A DNA stretch of 64,000 nt from NCBI GenBank assembly GCA_965153285.1, contig OZ229112.1. One strand, 5' to 3'. The stretch comes from Podarcis tiliguerta. Lineage: Eukaryota. Within the stretch, counting starts at the first letter, position 1. Each line of letters opens with the position of its first letter. Shown piece by piece: positions 26,701 to 39,378 of this stretch. The notes beneath the pieces were generated by a model that was given only the letters and a program-made list of their open reading frames with translations, searched no databases and was not told where the DNA came from. The translations under genes and the position numbers were made by a program.

Positions 26701-29700
26701 AAATCCTCGATTTTTAATGCAAGATGTCATCACTTGAATTAATTCCTGCCTTCTTTCCTCCGAAAGGAGATTCTATTTGCAGAGTGTACAATTGAGCCTA
26801 GATTCAGTTTCCAAGCTAATGTCATTATAGGGGTCCTAATGGTATGAAGAACCATTAGCAACAGAACAGAGCCCAAAGCAGCTCTGTTCTGATAGCAGAT
26901 TGTTCTGATAATCCAGTTTTCTTCTCCACCTCCAAACTCTTCATTTCAAGAGACGATGGCTCTCAGCAATCATTACTGAAGGGTGTATATGCATGCATAT
27001 GCATGTTGCTTTGGCAGACACACCAATGTTTAGGATGGGGCTGTACCAAAGGCAACACCACTGAAGTGTCATGAAAAATGACACACACCATCAGGGATGT
27101 GCACTAGCTTCACAAGCTGACGCATCAATGCAAATGCTCAGGACAGGAGTATGTGAGCAAGGATCAGAAGAAGCCTACAGACACAGCTCAACAGTTGAGA
27201 CACAGACACAGCTCAACACATTCTATCCATGAAGACACAGCAGCCCAGATTAAATGCATTTTGAAGCTGACCAAACATAATGCTTTTTACTGGTCTCTGG
27301 GATTCATGAGTTACTCAGTAACAAGAAGATAAGCAAAGACCGACTGGCTCAGACAATTGATAAGTCTGAAATAAGGATGGAGCTATGTAGAGGCATTGGC
27401 TTCACGGTTTTTCCTGCATCGTGATTTTTGCTGAAGCCTGCTCTTGTGATCTGCTGCCTCCTCTAGGAGGCAGGGGAGAGCTGAGCCAGCAGAATTAACA
27501 GGAGCTGCAGGAATCGAGAGAAGCATTGGCTGGCTTCATAGTTTTTCCCACATTGTGATTTTTGCATAGCGCACACACACACACACACGTGAGAAGGTTT
27601 TGTGCAGCCCGCAGGTTCCATATCAATGTACTCTTTCAGCCCACTTGGTATGAAAGTTGGGCCGCCCTGAATTTTAGCTATTTCCTTTAAAAAAACACAT
27701 AAGGGGAAAATAAGGGGTAAACAAAAGACCAGCAAATGGAACAGGCCCTACAAATGTAAACAGTATTTTTTAAAAAAATACAATCCTAAAACCAGAATAA
27801 AAACAACAATGACATCATATAGGGTAGCTTCCACAGAAAAGTTATCCCTTTAGCAACAATACAATCACATATATCTAATCCCGTAGTGATTCTTTTTAGT
27901 TTTTGTTTACCAGTCTGAAGGCCATTGTCCATTTCACAAAGTTCAGTTATGGGTGTGTTCTCATAAGGAGATTTCTGTTCCACGTAGCCATGTCTATGTG
28001 GCAAACAGACACACATACCAATCATTTTCATCTTGATAAGATGTCATTTTAAGAGAACCCCTTTTCAGGAACCCCTATAACCACTGCTGCCTCAACCCAG
28101 TGACATGGGTATTTTAACTGCAATAGCACAGGGAAGAGAACTCTTGTGGGAGAAATGGGGGGAAATTATGATATTCTCATGCTGATGGGCTTCTTTGAAG
28201 CTCTGGAACTGATATCTACTTTGAGTGGTAAAATTCAAGATGACAGCTGCAAGAAGTACATCAGTTAAATCCTTACTCTGCGGCATTGAAAGATTACAAC
28301 AGAGGGCCTGGGGAGAATTGAACAAGGTGTCAACAGCTGCTTCTGTTAAATTGCCTGATCTTTCTGTCTTTTGAAATCAGTGAGGGGGGAAAGCACAAAA
28401 GATATGCAGATTAATGCAGTACAGTAACAAATTAACAGATAAGGAAGTTTTAAAATAAATCAGCATATATGTTTTTCAATTAAAACACTGCTTTTCCAAA
28501 ACAGTCTGCTTGATATGGGTGCAGTGCATCAAGTGCTGGCGGTGAGCACATTGCCCAGTCATTTTAATGGAGTCTGCGCCATAGACACTATTCCCTCCGG
28601 CCTCCACTTCCTGCAGAGTACAAGAAACATCACATGTTTACCGGATTGCTCCATTTGTAGTTTGCAAACTACAAGTGGAGAGTGAAGATCTTCTCATAAA
28701 GATTAATTTAACACAAGCAACGTCTGACTAAATATTTATGAACTTCCGTGAACTTACCAGCTGTTGTGTACACTGTATATTTTACAGATGCAATCAATTC
28801 ATCGTTTTCTATTGTATCGCACTCAAACGCAACGGGGTGGGTATCTCTGTGTACCTCCAGAATAGCTGAATCATTAGGAAGAATGAGTGATTGCTATCAA
28901 TTCAAAGGTGACAAAAAAGACAAAGTTGGATTATCTCATAACGAAGAATGTACTATGTGACAATTTGGGGGGGGGCGCTTTTCTTTCTTTCCTGGTGCTT
29001 CAGTGATCCCTCCTGATATATCCTAAACCATAAACTATCTGAAATTGCCAACTTTTTATTTTCCCCTTCAGTTCTTCAGTGGATAGGCAATGTCAGGTGA
29101 CCCATAAATTTTGGACGATTGTTAATTCTTCTCTGGAAAACACAAAATCTGTGTGGGACCAATTAAATGGAAAGCCTCTTTCATCAATATTGTTTTAAAT
29201 TAAGGAAGGAATTGCATGAAAGCAATGGCTTTCTTGTAACTTGCCATGCCCTCTCCCCTTCCATGCTCTCTATGCTGGGAGTAGTTAAGGCTCAGAATTT
29301 GATTAAGGAACGACAATTTTATTCATTTCCAGCATGGAGGAAGAAGTGCAATAGAAGTGTGGGTATATGGAAAGGTGTTTGTTACACTGGGAGAGTTTCA
29401 GCTCCTTGGGGAATGGGACCGAGGATGGTGGAGGGAAAGAGTGCTGCCTAGATGAGGAGTACAACAAAGTAAAAATTAAGGTTTGCCACACACCTTTTGA
29501 TACACATTTGTGTATCATGTATTTTCTCCTCTAAATTAGATGACAAATTTTGGTGGTATATGGATGCATATGGTGTAACTTGCCACGTATTGCAAGAGAG
29601 CCAGTCATGCTGTCACTGTGTTTGTGTGTGTTCATGTTTGCTCTTCTGGAGATCTCTTACTAAGCAGGAGTGACTCAGCTGCCAGAAGGTCAGGTGAGCA

Positions 29701-32700
29701 CTGCTGCCACACCACATCACCCACTACTGATACCTGGGTTTGTGAATAAGACAACAATGGCCTCATTTATGGCAGACTGCTGAGAGTGCGCGCACCCGAA
29801 CCCACACACCCCACCTTGAGAGAGGCAATACATGTGCTATAATCTCATATCTCCAACTCAGTCTCTTCTCTCTTTTACTTAACTTTCCAAGAAGCTACTC
29901 ACTCCACTTCAGGAAATGTGCAATTTAGATTTTGGACCATTTTCTCATTTTGCTTGGACTCTATTCCCTCCCATTTCCTTATGTGGCAATAGCTTATACC
30001 TATAGAACTTGCCATACCTCTCACATACTTCTTTTCCTCACCCAATCTTCTCTTGTGCTTGCCTTTTCTACAGTTTTAACATAATCATTTCTGCTCTCCT
30101 CTAAATGCACAACACACTTATTTGCCTATCTTTGCTTTAAATCATGCATTCAAGTGCTCTAGACCCTGACTTGTCATCTCATTCCCCTTTTCAGGAGCTG
30201 CTGTTATTTCGTAGCATACTACAACTCCAGATTAAAGAAACCAATGTGTCTTTTGGATGTATGTGTACCTTGGTATACAAGTGTAGAAGAAAAAAAAGAG
30301 CACGTGGTCATGCAAGAGTCACTGGCATAAGGTGAGCTCCAGTATCTATTAATATTGTTCCACGCCACCTCAGTCTCTAATGAACGGTGCACAAGATTCC
30401 AGGGGTCTTGGCACTAAACCAGGGTTTGTGTTTCTTTTGGCAATGAGGCACAACGGAGGCTACAGTGTCTTTATGATATATGGTTTATTTACACATATAC
30501 ACAACCTGAAGCTTCAATGAAGGGGCTCACAGCAGCAGCACTCTAAAACATGCCAGCTTATTCCATAGTAGCATCAGCATCCTTCCTCTGCAGCCTCCCC
30601 TGCTCTGCAGAGCACGTATCAGCTTAGCTGCCCCTCTTTGCTTCCTGATTACATCACTGCCAACTCCTTCCCTAAACTAAGCTCTGTTTATCTTCAGAGG
30701 AAGACTCCATAAATTCCCTTTCTAACACCCATTTCCTTTGAACACCTTATAGCTAAAGATGGTCACCTCACAAAAAAAGTTTGCCTGACTTCATTAACAT
30801 TTGTTGATTGGACTAGGATTACAATGTCCAATAGCAATGTCCCAGGAAGAAGCTTATCGGTGGGTCTATCACACCCCTTGCAATGCCTGAAAACACACTA
30901 GGCTCTGGCTATTTCCTCCAAATAAATTATCTTTGACACCCTCAAACCTTAGTTAAATTCTAGCATCGATAAATCTACAATATTATACGCAAATAAATAC
31001 ACTCTAGGAAGCCTAAGTTTATGTGGAATCATTAGAAATAAAATCAGTTCAGTATACATTGCACAGGATGGAACTAGATTACTTACCTGGTCCGGAATCA
31101 ACATTTTCCAAATGTACTGAAATCGATTTTCTGGAGGTACAAAAATACACGGTATCTTCACACTAGCAAGACTTTCAGAAATTGGTTTACCCCCTGCAGA
31201 ACATAGTTTTAAAAGTCACTTTGTACCAATACTTAAACATTATTGTACACCTCAAAATACTAGGAACAACTCCACTAACAGACTGTGGTTAGTGGAATTA
31301 TCATTTAATTATTATAAATTGCATGTTACTGGCTTTTAAGTTTAAACCTGCTATTAACTAAGAAGCAATACAGGACATGTCACTTTTAAACCACCTCAGA
31401 ATAAATGTATGGCATTTTGGAAATGATGCATGAATATTCACAGAAGCTAACTGGGAATAACTGTACCATTACATCATTACTCACATCCACAATCTGCTGG
31501 TCCTCTGCACTCTTCAACACGAACAATACACTTAGTTTCACCTCCAGGGCATCCATTGGTTAATATAACTTCTCGAATGCCAATACCTTTGATCAAGATG
31601 AAAAAGGTAGCATTACATGTCTGTTTGCGTTTTGGTTTCTTTCTCTTTCTCTGTGGCAGATACTCCTTTAAGTTCACCTTCTAAAATCAAAACACCCTGG
31701 TCCCTGTCAAAGGCCTTCAGAAAAGCAGTTGTCTTCTTTATAACCAAAATTTAGAAGATACCACCCATTTGTGCCTGAGACTATTGTGTACTTAGATGAT
31801 GGTAACCCATCCATTCCACAAGGTAAAAACTTTCTCCTTTCAGTTGAATTTTATATGCGCTTTCATTTTAATGCATTGCTAAAAACAAACAAGTTAATTA
31901 AAATTTAAATATCAACGCTAGCTTGCAGCCTCTGTGAACCTGGCCTTTCAAAGCCTCAACCATCTGGTGCCTGGAGCATTTTTGCTCTGATGAGCTCATT
32001 CCGATCAGGTGCTGAGCATCCTTAACTCTTATGGATACCAATGGAAAATTACAGTGCTGAATACCTTGCAGGATTTGGGCTTCTCAGGAAGGAGGGTAAG
32101 TACTCTTGCAAATTAAGGAAATCTGATGTCACATTGATCTCACCTTGGTGCTAGCTTTAATTGGTGGATTCATCAACATAATCAAAGCTTTCTGAGGCAA
32201 GCTCAATTCTGATTGTTACTGTAGCCACATGTTAATGATATCTTCCATTTTAAGCAGTTTTAAATTATCCAAGTTTTTTAATGATAATAAAAGAGATTGC
32301 ACTGCATAACTTCCACCTATCAGGTTTATTCAGGAAGAAATCCCACCGAATTAAAGAGCACTTACTTCCTAGTGAGTGTGTGGAGGGTTGCAGCCTACAG
32401 GGAAAAGAACTACCTATATGTAATTAAGATTAGATAAGAATTGCAGATCTCAGACATCAACATTTCACTTGGGAACTTCATGTTATTTTCAAAAACACAA
32501 ACATATTCAACACAAGTGCTGTGTTTCTTTGCTTTTCTCTTTTTCCTTCTGCCAAACACTGTGTACCCAGCTCATTCAAATGGCATGGCATGCGAGGGAG
32601 GAGAGAATAGTATGTTTAGTCCCAGTAAATACAGAATAGATTGCCAGCCGTTATAGAAATATTTTGTTTATTGAATAAGGAATGGAGGAGATGGAAAAGA

Positions 32701-33122
32701 AACCTTTTGTGACCTAACCAGAATACAACCTATGCATATGAAAAAACAACAACCTTGTGGTGAGGTATTTTGCATCCCTAAATGCCTAGAAAACCTGATA
32801 TATTTTGTAATATTTCTTATATGACATGTAACATTACCTCAAGTGGCAGACGGAACGAACAACACTTACTGGAAATGTTGCAAAACGAGAATCATGCTAA
32901 GCTGCTGAGAATTTCTCATTTCAAAGGTTAAGAAAACAGAGGTGTATATAGCAATGAACTGACATTTTTATTAAAGACATTTCTCTTGTTTTGGAGAGAG
33001 ATTTTTTAAAAACTCACATAATGGGTGTATAATGGGTGATACTGGAGATACCTATAATAAAGGAAAACAATGGACACAGCTTCTCTTTTAGTCCTGAAAC
33101 AGGGATGGACAAATGGACAGAC

Positions 33123-33176
<54 letters not shown>

Positions 33177-36100
33177 GACAGTCTCCTTTTATTGGGCCAC
33201 CAATCACTCTTAACCCCAACTCCAATCTCCCAGCTGTTCATGATTCCTTTTACTTCCACTATCCAAATTCCCTTGAAAACAGGAAGATACAAACTTCTGG
33301 GTAACAGTACAATCCTAGGGATTGAATTGTGATTGCAGAAAGATGGCTTCATCAGATTTGGAGTAAAGCATGGTGGGACTAGGAGCGCTAGAATTTGACT
33401 AGGGAGGACTTTCTGCCTCTTAGCTCAAATTGTGAAAATCCTCTGTAACTGACACCACAGGGCAGTGGTGTAGTGTGGGTTGCCAAGGCCCGTGGCAAAG
33501 CAGGGGTGAGTGAGAGTGAAACGGATGGAGTACGCATGCACATTCAACTACCTAACAGTATTTATATCACCCAGGAGATCGTATTCGCAGAGATAAGAAA
33601 AGAAGAGTTGTACTGTTGTCTGAAGTGGTCATTTCCTGGTTTGGATGGAGAAGCCGTTTTTAATGGAACCCAGCGATGAGTACAGCTGTATTAAGGCAGC
33701 ACCGGGTGTTGAAATTTTGCACCCCTAAGAATTTTGCACTTGAGGCAACCGCCCTTGTGCCCCCCACGCTACGCCAGTGCAATAGGAAAGTTGCCTTAAC
33801 TGCAACTACCTGAATAATAAATTTGGAGTTGTCATATATTTACAAAATATTTTCAGATACACTTGCACGACCAAGATGCAAATCCATAAGAGAAGCGCAT
33901 TCAAAGTGAGAAAATAGCCCTGGGTAAGCCTTTTTCCTGGTTTTGTCTTTGGGGGTAGAGAGCAGGGAATAGATTTAGATCAATTTTCTAGGTGGCTAGA
34001 TCTTGTATGAGATGCCAGATTCTGTGTTCATGCAGTGAAACCATGGATGCATGAAGCAAATATGGGCCAGGGGCAACAACCTTTGTGTAGGCTAAATTTA
34101 AATTTCAAGTCCTAAGAAGGTTGTTTCAGAAGATCTCAAGTTCCTTTGGTGTTTCACCATTTGGTTACTTTTTCTCCTTTTATTGCCTGGCCAGTTGGAT
34201 ATTTTTATCTCCATCCTGGCAATTTTCTCATTGGACGCATCTGAACATCATGACAAGCCATTAACTGTGGCTTACCATGCCCAAGCTTTGCTCCTCCTCA
34301 CTTGTGCTGGAGAGATACAAGACATGATCCTTGGCTTAGCACTCCATCAAAAACAAGGCATTTGGGTTTACTGACTTTAATGAACATGGCCATTGAGATA
34401 TTCATTCAAATTCCCTCAAACTAGCAATGTAATTTGCAATGAAGGTTGGATGTGAAATGGTATTAACAAGTCAACCTTTGGGGGCGGGGTTGGGGCTTTA
34501 ATGAGGCATGCAGTTAAGTGGCATTAGACCACATCTAATCTGACAGCTTTATCAATAATAACGGAGAAGTGAATGAAGAACTACAGTATGTTAATTCAAT
34601 TAAGTTAAGGTGCTAAATTGAGAAGAAAGAAAGCATAGCCAAAAGGATTTAGAACAATTGATGGCTGGAAGATAATTTAAAAATGGTTCAACTTGCAGCT
34701 ACATAGTAAAAAAAAGATGAAATAATGAATAAGAAAAGGTAAAAGTTAAGTTGAGCTGAATGGAGGGCTCGTTCATACTGTTCTTTAATGTAGATAATGT
34801 ACTTCCATTAATTCTCTGTTGTCTTTAGGATATTCTCCTCCACTTTTCCTACCATAAATCTGGATTATTTCACATCTTCTCCTTTTTGAAGCATCCCTGG
34901 TATGGTGTGGGATTTGGTAGAGAATGTCACATGGACAATGAATAATTAATGTTGTACGGGAAGCTTATTATCCAAATTAGACATCAGTATGGATGAGCCC
35001 AGATTTTGGGATTTCAGCAGAGAGAACGAGTTGTAATTCAAGTTGATTATGTTGCTTTCCTGATCAGGTAAAAATGGGAATTGCACAAATCTATCTGACA
35101 AGATTGTTATGAAGAAAAGCAAGACAACATGTACAAAGTGCTTTAAGATACTGTATAAAATATAAACAACAGCATAGTATAAAACATTTATATTTTTTAA
35201 AAAGAAAGTGGAAAAAGCTAGGAGCACATGTGTAACACTGAATTCTAACAATTATCAAAAGGATACTGTGAATTTGCACAATTACCATAAATATATCCTG
35301 GGAAAAGCAATGAAACAGAGGCTTCTACACATTTCAGGGGAGGGGCAGTATTAAAGAGACATGGATTTGCTGAGATTTGGGGGGAATGGACAGCAAAGTA
35401 GCCTCTCTGCTATAGACCAAATTATAGATGTGGCTACCTTAAAATAAAATAAAAAAAACACTCTAAATGAGAGTGACACAATCAGTGAATGCAACTCTTT
35501 CATTATAACACCAACTGTTCATATTTCTTTTTTAAATGTTACATTTATAATTAAAAGAACCCTGTGAATATATGGAGTGGGTAACTTAAAGTATGGAAAC
35601 ATTGCCAAAATGGAGAGCATTCTGCAAATTTTTCAAATTTTGAATAAGGAAGGGACGCAAACTGTGCTAAAAAAAGTATTAATTGGAGCAAAGAACATAA
35701 GAATAATATAAAAAATGTTTACTGGCACAAAATAACAAAAATATGCTGCACTGATGGGGGCAGTAAACATTTCCTTTCTGGCATAACCATCAGGTTTATG
35801 AACATTTGTTTCTCTTGCGAACTACCTGAGAAACGGAGCCATTGTAAGAGATCCTATTTTTATTTGCTCTGCATGAACACAGGCATATTTGACTAGAAAA
35901 TGGTTATCCTATTGGAGATCACTCTTTCCACTCATTTTTGAGACCTCAGCTACCTTTAGCACAACTAATAAGCTGTATGATGAATACAGCATACACTATT
36001 GCAGAAAAGCCATTTGCTTTATAGGGCTGGAAATCTTGTATGTGGGAAGACATCTGTGAGATGCATCAGGAGGTCTTTCAGCTTCTGAACGTTTCGCAGA

Positions 36101-38412
36101 TGTTCACAAATAGAGAAAATTGTTACTCTGGTGAAGGCAGCTCCATGAGCCAATAAACAAAAGGAGCTGTTTTTTTTTTTAAAAAAAGAGCCTGCAGGCT
36201 GTGAAATTAATAAAACAACAGATCTGACCTAAATTTATAATGACAATCAACTGGATTGTTTTTGTTAATTATAGTTATCAAGAACTGAAATCAATGGAAG
36301 GTGAACGAGGGCATGCAAATTACAATGGTTCAACAGCTAATGTTAGTATATTGTTCCTAAAAAGTTTTTTTAAAAACCAAAACCCACCCAATTATACTAT
36401 GTTTTATCCATCTGCTTTTCTGCTTACCACATGTAACCGTGCATTCTCCAAATTCTACTTCCTTGGGTTGTGTCAGATTTGCTTCTGAAAAAGATACCAA
36501 GTTACAAAAAGCAGGTTACAGAAGTAAGTTAAGTATACGAAAATATAGGGTGGAATTCAACATTGTGGTATTGCAAATGTTCTGTCTGCACAAGCATGTC
36601 AGCTTGAGAGGTGGAAAGATCCCTTCCCCCCATGATGTTCTGGAGGTTCTCCTAACCCCCTCAGTGCAAATTTTGGCAGGCGCAGGAAGAATGACGGGGC
36701 AGAAGGGGGGAGGCCTCACTGTGCAAGCCGAAGCCCTTGTGCAAGACTTCCATTGACAGGGTTCATTAGGTGACTCTCACCCACCTGTAGTTATGAAATT
36801 CTTCCCCAGTGCTTTTCACCTGAAGCATAACATTTTCTCATTCAGTGGAGCAATGGGAAAGAAACCAGGATTTCTGGAGCAATAAATTATACTAAAACAA
36901 ATCAAGCTGGACACATCTCATTATTTAAATATTAACTGATTTTGAGAAATAGGGTGTACATCCCTACATGATAATTTATTCTTTTAATATAGTCCAGTAG
37001 GGAAATTGAAAAGCACAACATTATCTTTATTTCAGTGACTGGTGAATCACATTGTAAATATGTAGTAGAGATCATTATTATACTGCAGGATGCCATACTT
37101 TTCAGCTTGCTAAATCAAAACTATGTTACAATAATACAGTGGTACCTCGGTTTTCGAACGTAATTTATTCCAGAAGTCCGTTCAAGTTCTGAAACGTTCA
37201 AAAACTAACACTCAATAGCTGGCAGCTAGGTTTCAGGATCTTGCACACTGCGGAAGCCACATTGCATGTTCGACTTCTGAGGCGTGTTTGAAAACTGAAG
37301 CATTTATTCCCAGGTTTACAGCATTTGAAACTGAACTGTTTGTCAACGGAGATAGTCTAAAACCGAGGTGCCACTGTACAAGCCTATGCATGTTTACTCA
37401 GAAGTAAATCCTATTATGTTTAATGGCACAGACTTCCGGGTAAGTGTGTATAGAACTGCAGCCTAACATCTAGTGGGGGAAAAAGTTATGTTAAAAAATT
37501 TACACATGAACAATCATCATTGGATAGTTAAAAACGTAATAAGAGCCTTCTGGATCAGGCCAATGGCCCATCTAGTGCATCGTGTTCTCAGAATGGGCCA
37601 GGAGCAATATGTACACTGTCACAGTCTTGCAGGGATGGTCCACTTTGGGGCTTCAAAGCAAGTCCTTGCACAACGCTATCTCACTGACAGCGCATCCAAT
37701 TCGTGACATAAAAGACGGCACGTGGCCCTCGCATCCCAGTGAGGGATGATTAAGCAATGACTTTTCAATAAACAAAAAACCCGCGACTCTCCCTCAGCCT
37801 GGCAAACAGCTGGCTCCACACGCGAAACACCTTCCCTTTGACCTAACATCGTTCTAGCTTCTCAAGGGGGGAAATGGGAAGGAACTTGCCGGGACCTGCA
37901 AAGAGCAGCAGCCGGGCGGCGCAGCGAGCGAAAAGGAAGCGCCGGGCAGCCTCTGAGGCTGGAACTTGGCCCGGGGAAAAGAGAGGCGGAGGAGGCAGCT
38001 AGAAGCAGCAGCAGCCTCGCCGCGGGGCTGTTGCCTTAGGGGCGCGCTTTCGCCTGGAAAATTGCCTCGCGCAGGTTAGCCAGAGGCCCGTTTGCACAAT
38101 GAAGACGGCGGAGGTGCAAAGGCGGCCCTTCGCAGCCGCCGACTGGGCTTCGAACAGAGCCGAGGGAGGCTCTCGCTGGGGGGAAAGGGCGCCTCTCCAG
38201 AGGGCGCCCTCCGCGTGCTCGACAGGCTCCGGACGTGGATGAGCCGCTCGCCGCTCACCCGATTCCTCCAGATGCAGCAGCGGCTCCGACAAGGCCACGT
38301 CGACCGAGATGGTGTCGTTGAAGGCGCCCGCGGGCTCGCTGGCCAGCAGCGTCAGGAACAGGCCCACCCGGAGGACGAGCTTCCCCGTGCCCTCGGCCTT
38401 GCAGAACCCCAT
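20485..38412 (-). CDS. SPACA1: Sperm acrosome membrane-associated protein 1 (SAMP32), 7 coding exons: 38412-38259, 36484-36428, 31586-31485, 31193-31087, 28893-28758, 22774-22654, 20725-20485; 305 aa
   Basis: Exons joined by hand (154+57+102+107+136+121+241=918 nt), each bounded by AG/GT with matching phases. Translation: signal peptide, [63 protein letters not shown]...HPVAFECDT, a single TM helix, NWAAVKMFW. These match mammalian SPACA1 motifs as recalled. Confidence 0.96.
20843..20937. mobile_element. 95-bp MITE in SPACA1 intron 6
   Basis: Perfect 14-bp TIR GCATAGCTGTCAAC / GTTGACAGCTATGC, extended by TTTCCCTTTT / AAAAGGGAAA. Confidence 0.75.
21748..22088 (+). mobile_element. Sauria SINE in SPACA1 intron 6 (antisense to the gene; different subfamily from the 13479 copy)
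   Basis: tRNA-like head with B-box, Sauria core, ACCTTT tail, TSD CTGCATCTAGAA(G). Confidence 0.95.
22420..22580. mobile_element. Palindromic MITE-like repeat (relatives at 9405-9580 and 41480-41640)
   Basis: CCCAAAGAATCCTGGGAAC..TGGTTTG ... CAAACTAC...CCCAGGATTCTTTGGG inverted pair. Confidence 0.65.
22654..22774 (-). CDS. SPACA1: SPACA1 exon 6, transmembrane helix ([40 protein letters not shown])
   Basis: 121 bp; acceptor CCTTTCTTTAG, donor TG|GTAGGT; long hydrophobic run. Confidence 0.95.
26369..26590. mobile_element. Tc1-mariner/pogo-type MITE in SPACA1 intron 5
   Basis: TIRs CCGTATTTTTTGCTCTATAAGAC / GTCTTATAGAGCAAAAAATACAG, TA TSD. Confidence 0.88.
28758..28893 (-). CDS. SPACA1: SPACA1 exon 5 ([45 protein letters not shown])
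   Basis: 136 bp; acceptor TTGATAG, donor G|GTAAGT; second half of the Ig-like ectodomain. Confidence 0.96.
31087..31193 (-). CDS. SPACA1: SPACA1 exon 4 ([36 protein letters not shown])
   Basis: 107 bp; acceptor TTCTGCAG, donor CAG|GTAAGT. Confidence 0.96.
31485..31586 (-). CDS. SPACA1: SPACA1 exon 3 ([34 protein letters not shown])
   Basis: 102 bp; acceptor ...TTTTTCATCTTGATCAAAG, donor T|GTGAGT; near-identical to the recalled mammalian sequence. Confidence 0.96.
33124..33173. repeat. Compound (TG)n(AG)n microsatellite in SPACA1 intron 2
   Basis: Direct reading. Confidence 0.95.
33463..33779. mobile_element. hAT-like non-autonomous element in SPACA1 intron 2
   Basis: Imperfect TIRs CAGTGGTGTAGTGTGGG / CCCACGCTACGCCAGTG. 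Confidence 0.6.
36428..36484 (-). CDS. SPACA1: SPACA1 exon 2 ([19 protein letters not shown])
   Basis: 57 bp; acceptor TCTTTTTCAG, donor G|GTAAGC; not in the ORF track. Confidence 0.95.
37137..37376. mobile_element. Tigger/pogo-like MITE, second subfamily, in SPACA1 intron 1
   Basis: TIRs CAGTGGTACCTCGGTTTT / AAAACCGAGGTGCCACTG, TA TSD. Confidence 0.85.
37377..37464. repeat. Short (~90 bp) palindromic dispersed repeat (relatives near 16290-16440, 32305-32400, 39055-39125, 40715-40810, 41148-41230, 53765-53866)
   Basis: CCTATGCATGTTTACTCAGAAGTAA.TCC....G.TT.AATGG...ACTTCC..GTAAGTGTGTATAG.A.TGCAGCCT consensus seen repeatedly. Confidence 0.6.
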
Positions 38413-38660
38413 TTTCTGCAGCGCCCGCCGCGGCCTTTGCCCTCAGCCGAGCCCGCCGCGCGGAGGCGCTCGCAAAGGGGCAACCATTGAGGCGTCACAA
38501 TGAGGCCTTGCTCAGCGTTCGAGCGGCACGCGGCGCTGGGAAGACGTGGGGGCGAGGAAGGAGGAGGCCGCTAGCCCCGATCCTGCTTCTCTTCCTTCTC
38601 CCCACCCCGAAACTGGAAGGTTCCCCCCCCCCCCCATGCACACACGGTGGTAGCGCCTTC
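37700..38660. promoter_or_regulatory. CpG island covering the SPACA1 promoter, exon 1 and start of intron 1
   Basis: Sharp rise in GC and CpG density against an AT-rich, CpG-poor background; half-CRE (CGTCA 38493-38497) and X-box half site (GGCAAC 38479-38484) just upstream of the ATG. Confidence 0.85.
38259..38412 (-). CDS. SPACA1: SPACA1 exon 1 (coding part): signal peptide [51 protein letters not shown]
   Basis: ATG at 38412 in context AAAATGG inside a CpG island; hydrophobic signal peptide followed by an N-glycosylation sequon (NDT); donor G|GTGAG at 38258 is phase 1, matching exon 2. Confidence 0.88.
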
Positions 38661-39153
38661 TCCCTATATGAAAGTATTTGAGGATTGCCTCCTGAGCCCA
38701 TCCATCTATGGAGGTCTTCAGAAAATGTGCTTTGGGTCTTTACTGATCTCAGAAACTCGCACCCTCGCAACCACCACCTTTTCTAAAACAGACTGCTGAA
38801 CTGTCCTCACGATTTTCAGATAACACACTAATAATGCCTTTAAGAACCTTGTGCTTTTCCATAACGCAGGAGGATTGACAGCCAAGGGAGTGGTATCTAA
38901 TCTGCAGTGTCTCTGGAGGTGTTGCTCAAGTGTTTTCTCCCTGAGAAGCACTTCGCAAGAATTGCACATAAACAGCCAGCAGACAAGTCAAAACAAAACC
39001 TGGGTCTCTCCACTTGCATATCCTGTATTGGTTTTTAACGGTTCTGGATTTATAGCTTAGTCCTATACATGCCCACTCAGAGTAAATGCCTTTGAGTTAA
39101 GTGGTAACTGTATAAAAATGCAACCATAGGCTTTTGTTTAGCATTTTGGAATA

Positions 39154-39378
39154 CAGTGGTACCTCGAGTTACATACGCTTCAGGCTACATACGCTTCAGG
39201 TTACAGACTCCGCTAACCCAGAAATAGTACCTCGGGTTAAGAACTTCGCTTCAGGATGAGAACAGAAATTGTGCTCTGGCGGCGCGGCAGCAGCAGGAAG
39301 CCCCATTAGCTAAAGTGGTGCTTCAGGTTAAGAACGGACCTCCAGAACGAATTAAGTACTTAACCCGAGGTACCACTG
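39154..39378 (-). mobile_element. Tigger/pogo-like MITE about 740 bp upstream of the SPACA1 ATG
   Basis: TIRs CAGTGGTACCTCG, TA TSD. Confidence 0.92.

Noticed and set aside
37999-38258. ORF continuation past the SPACA1 exon 1 donor, and overlapping plus-strand ORFs (38092-38490)
   Set aside because: Read-through into intron 1 and stop-poor CpG-island sequence
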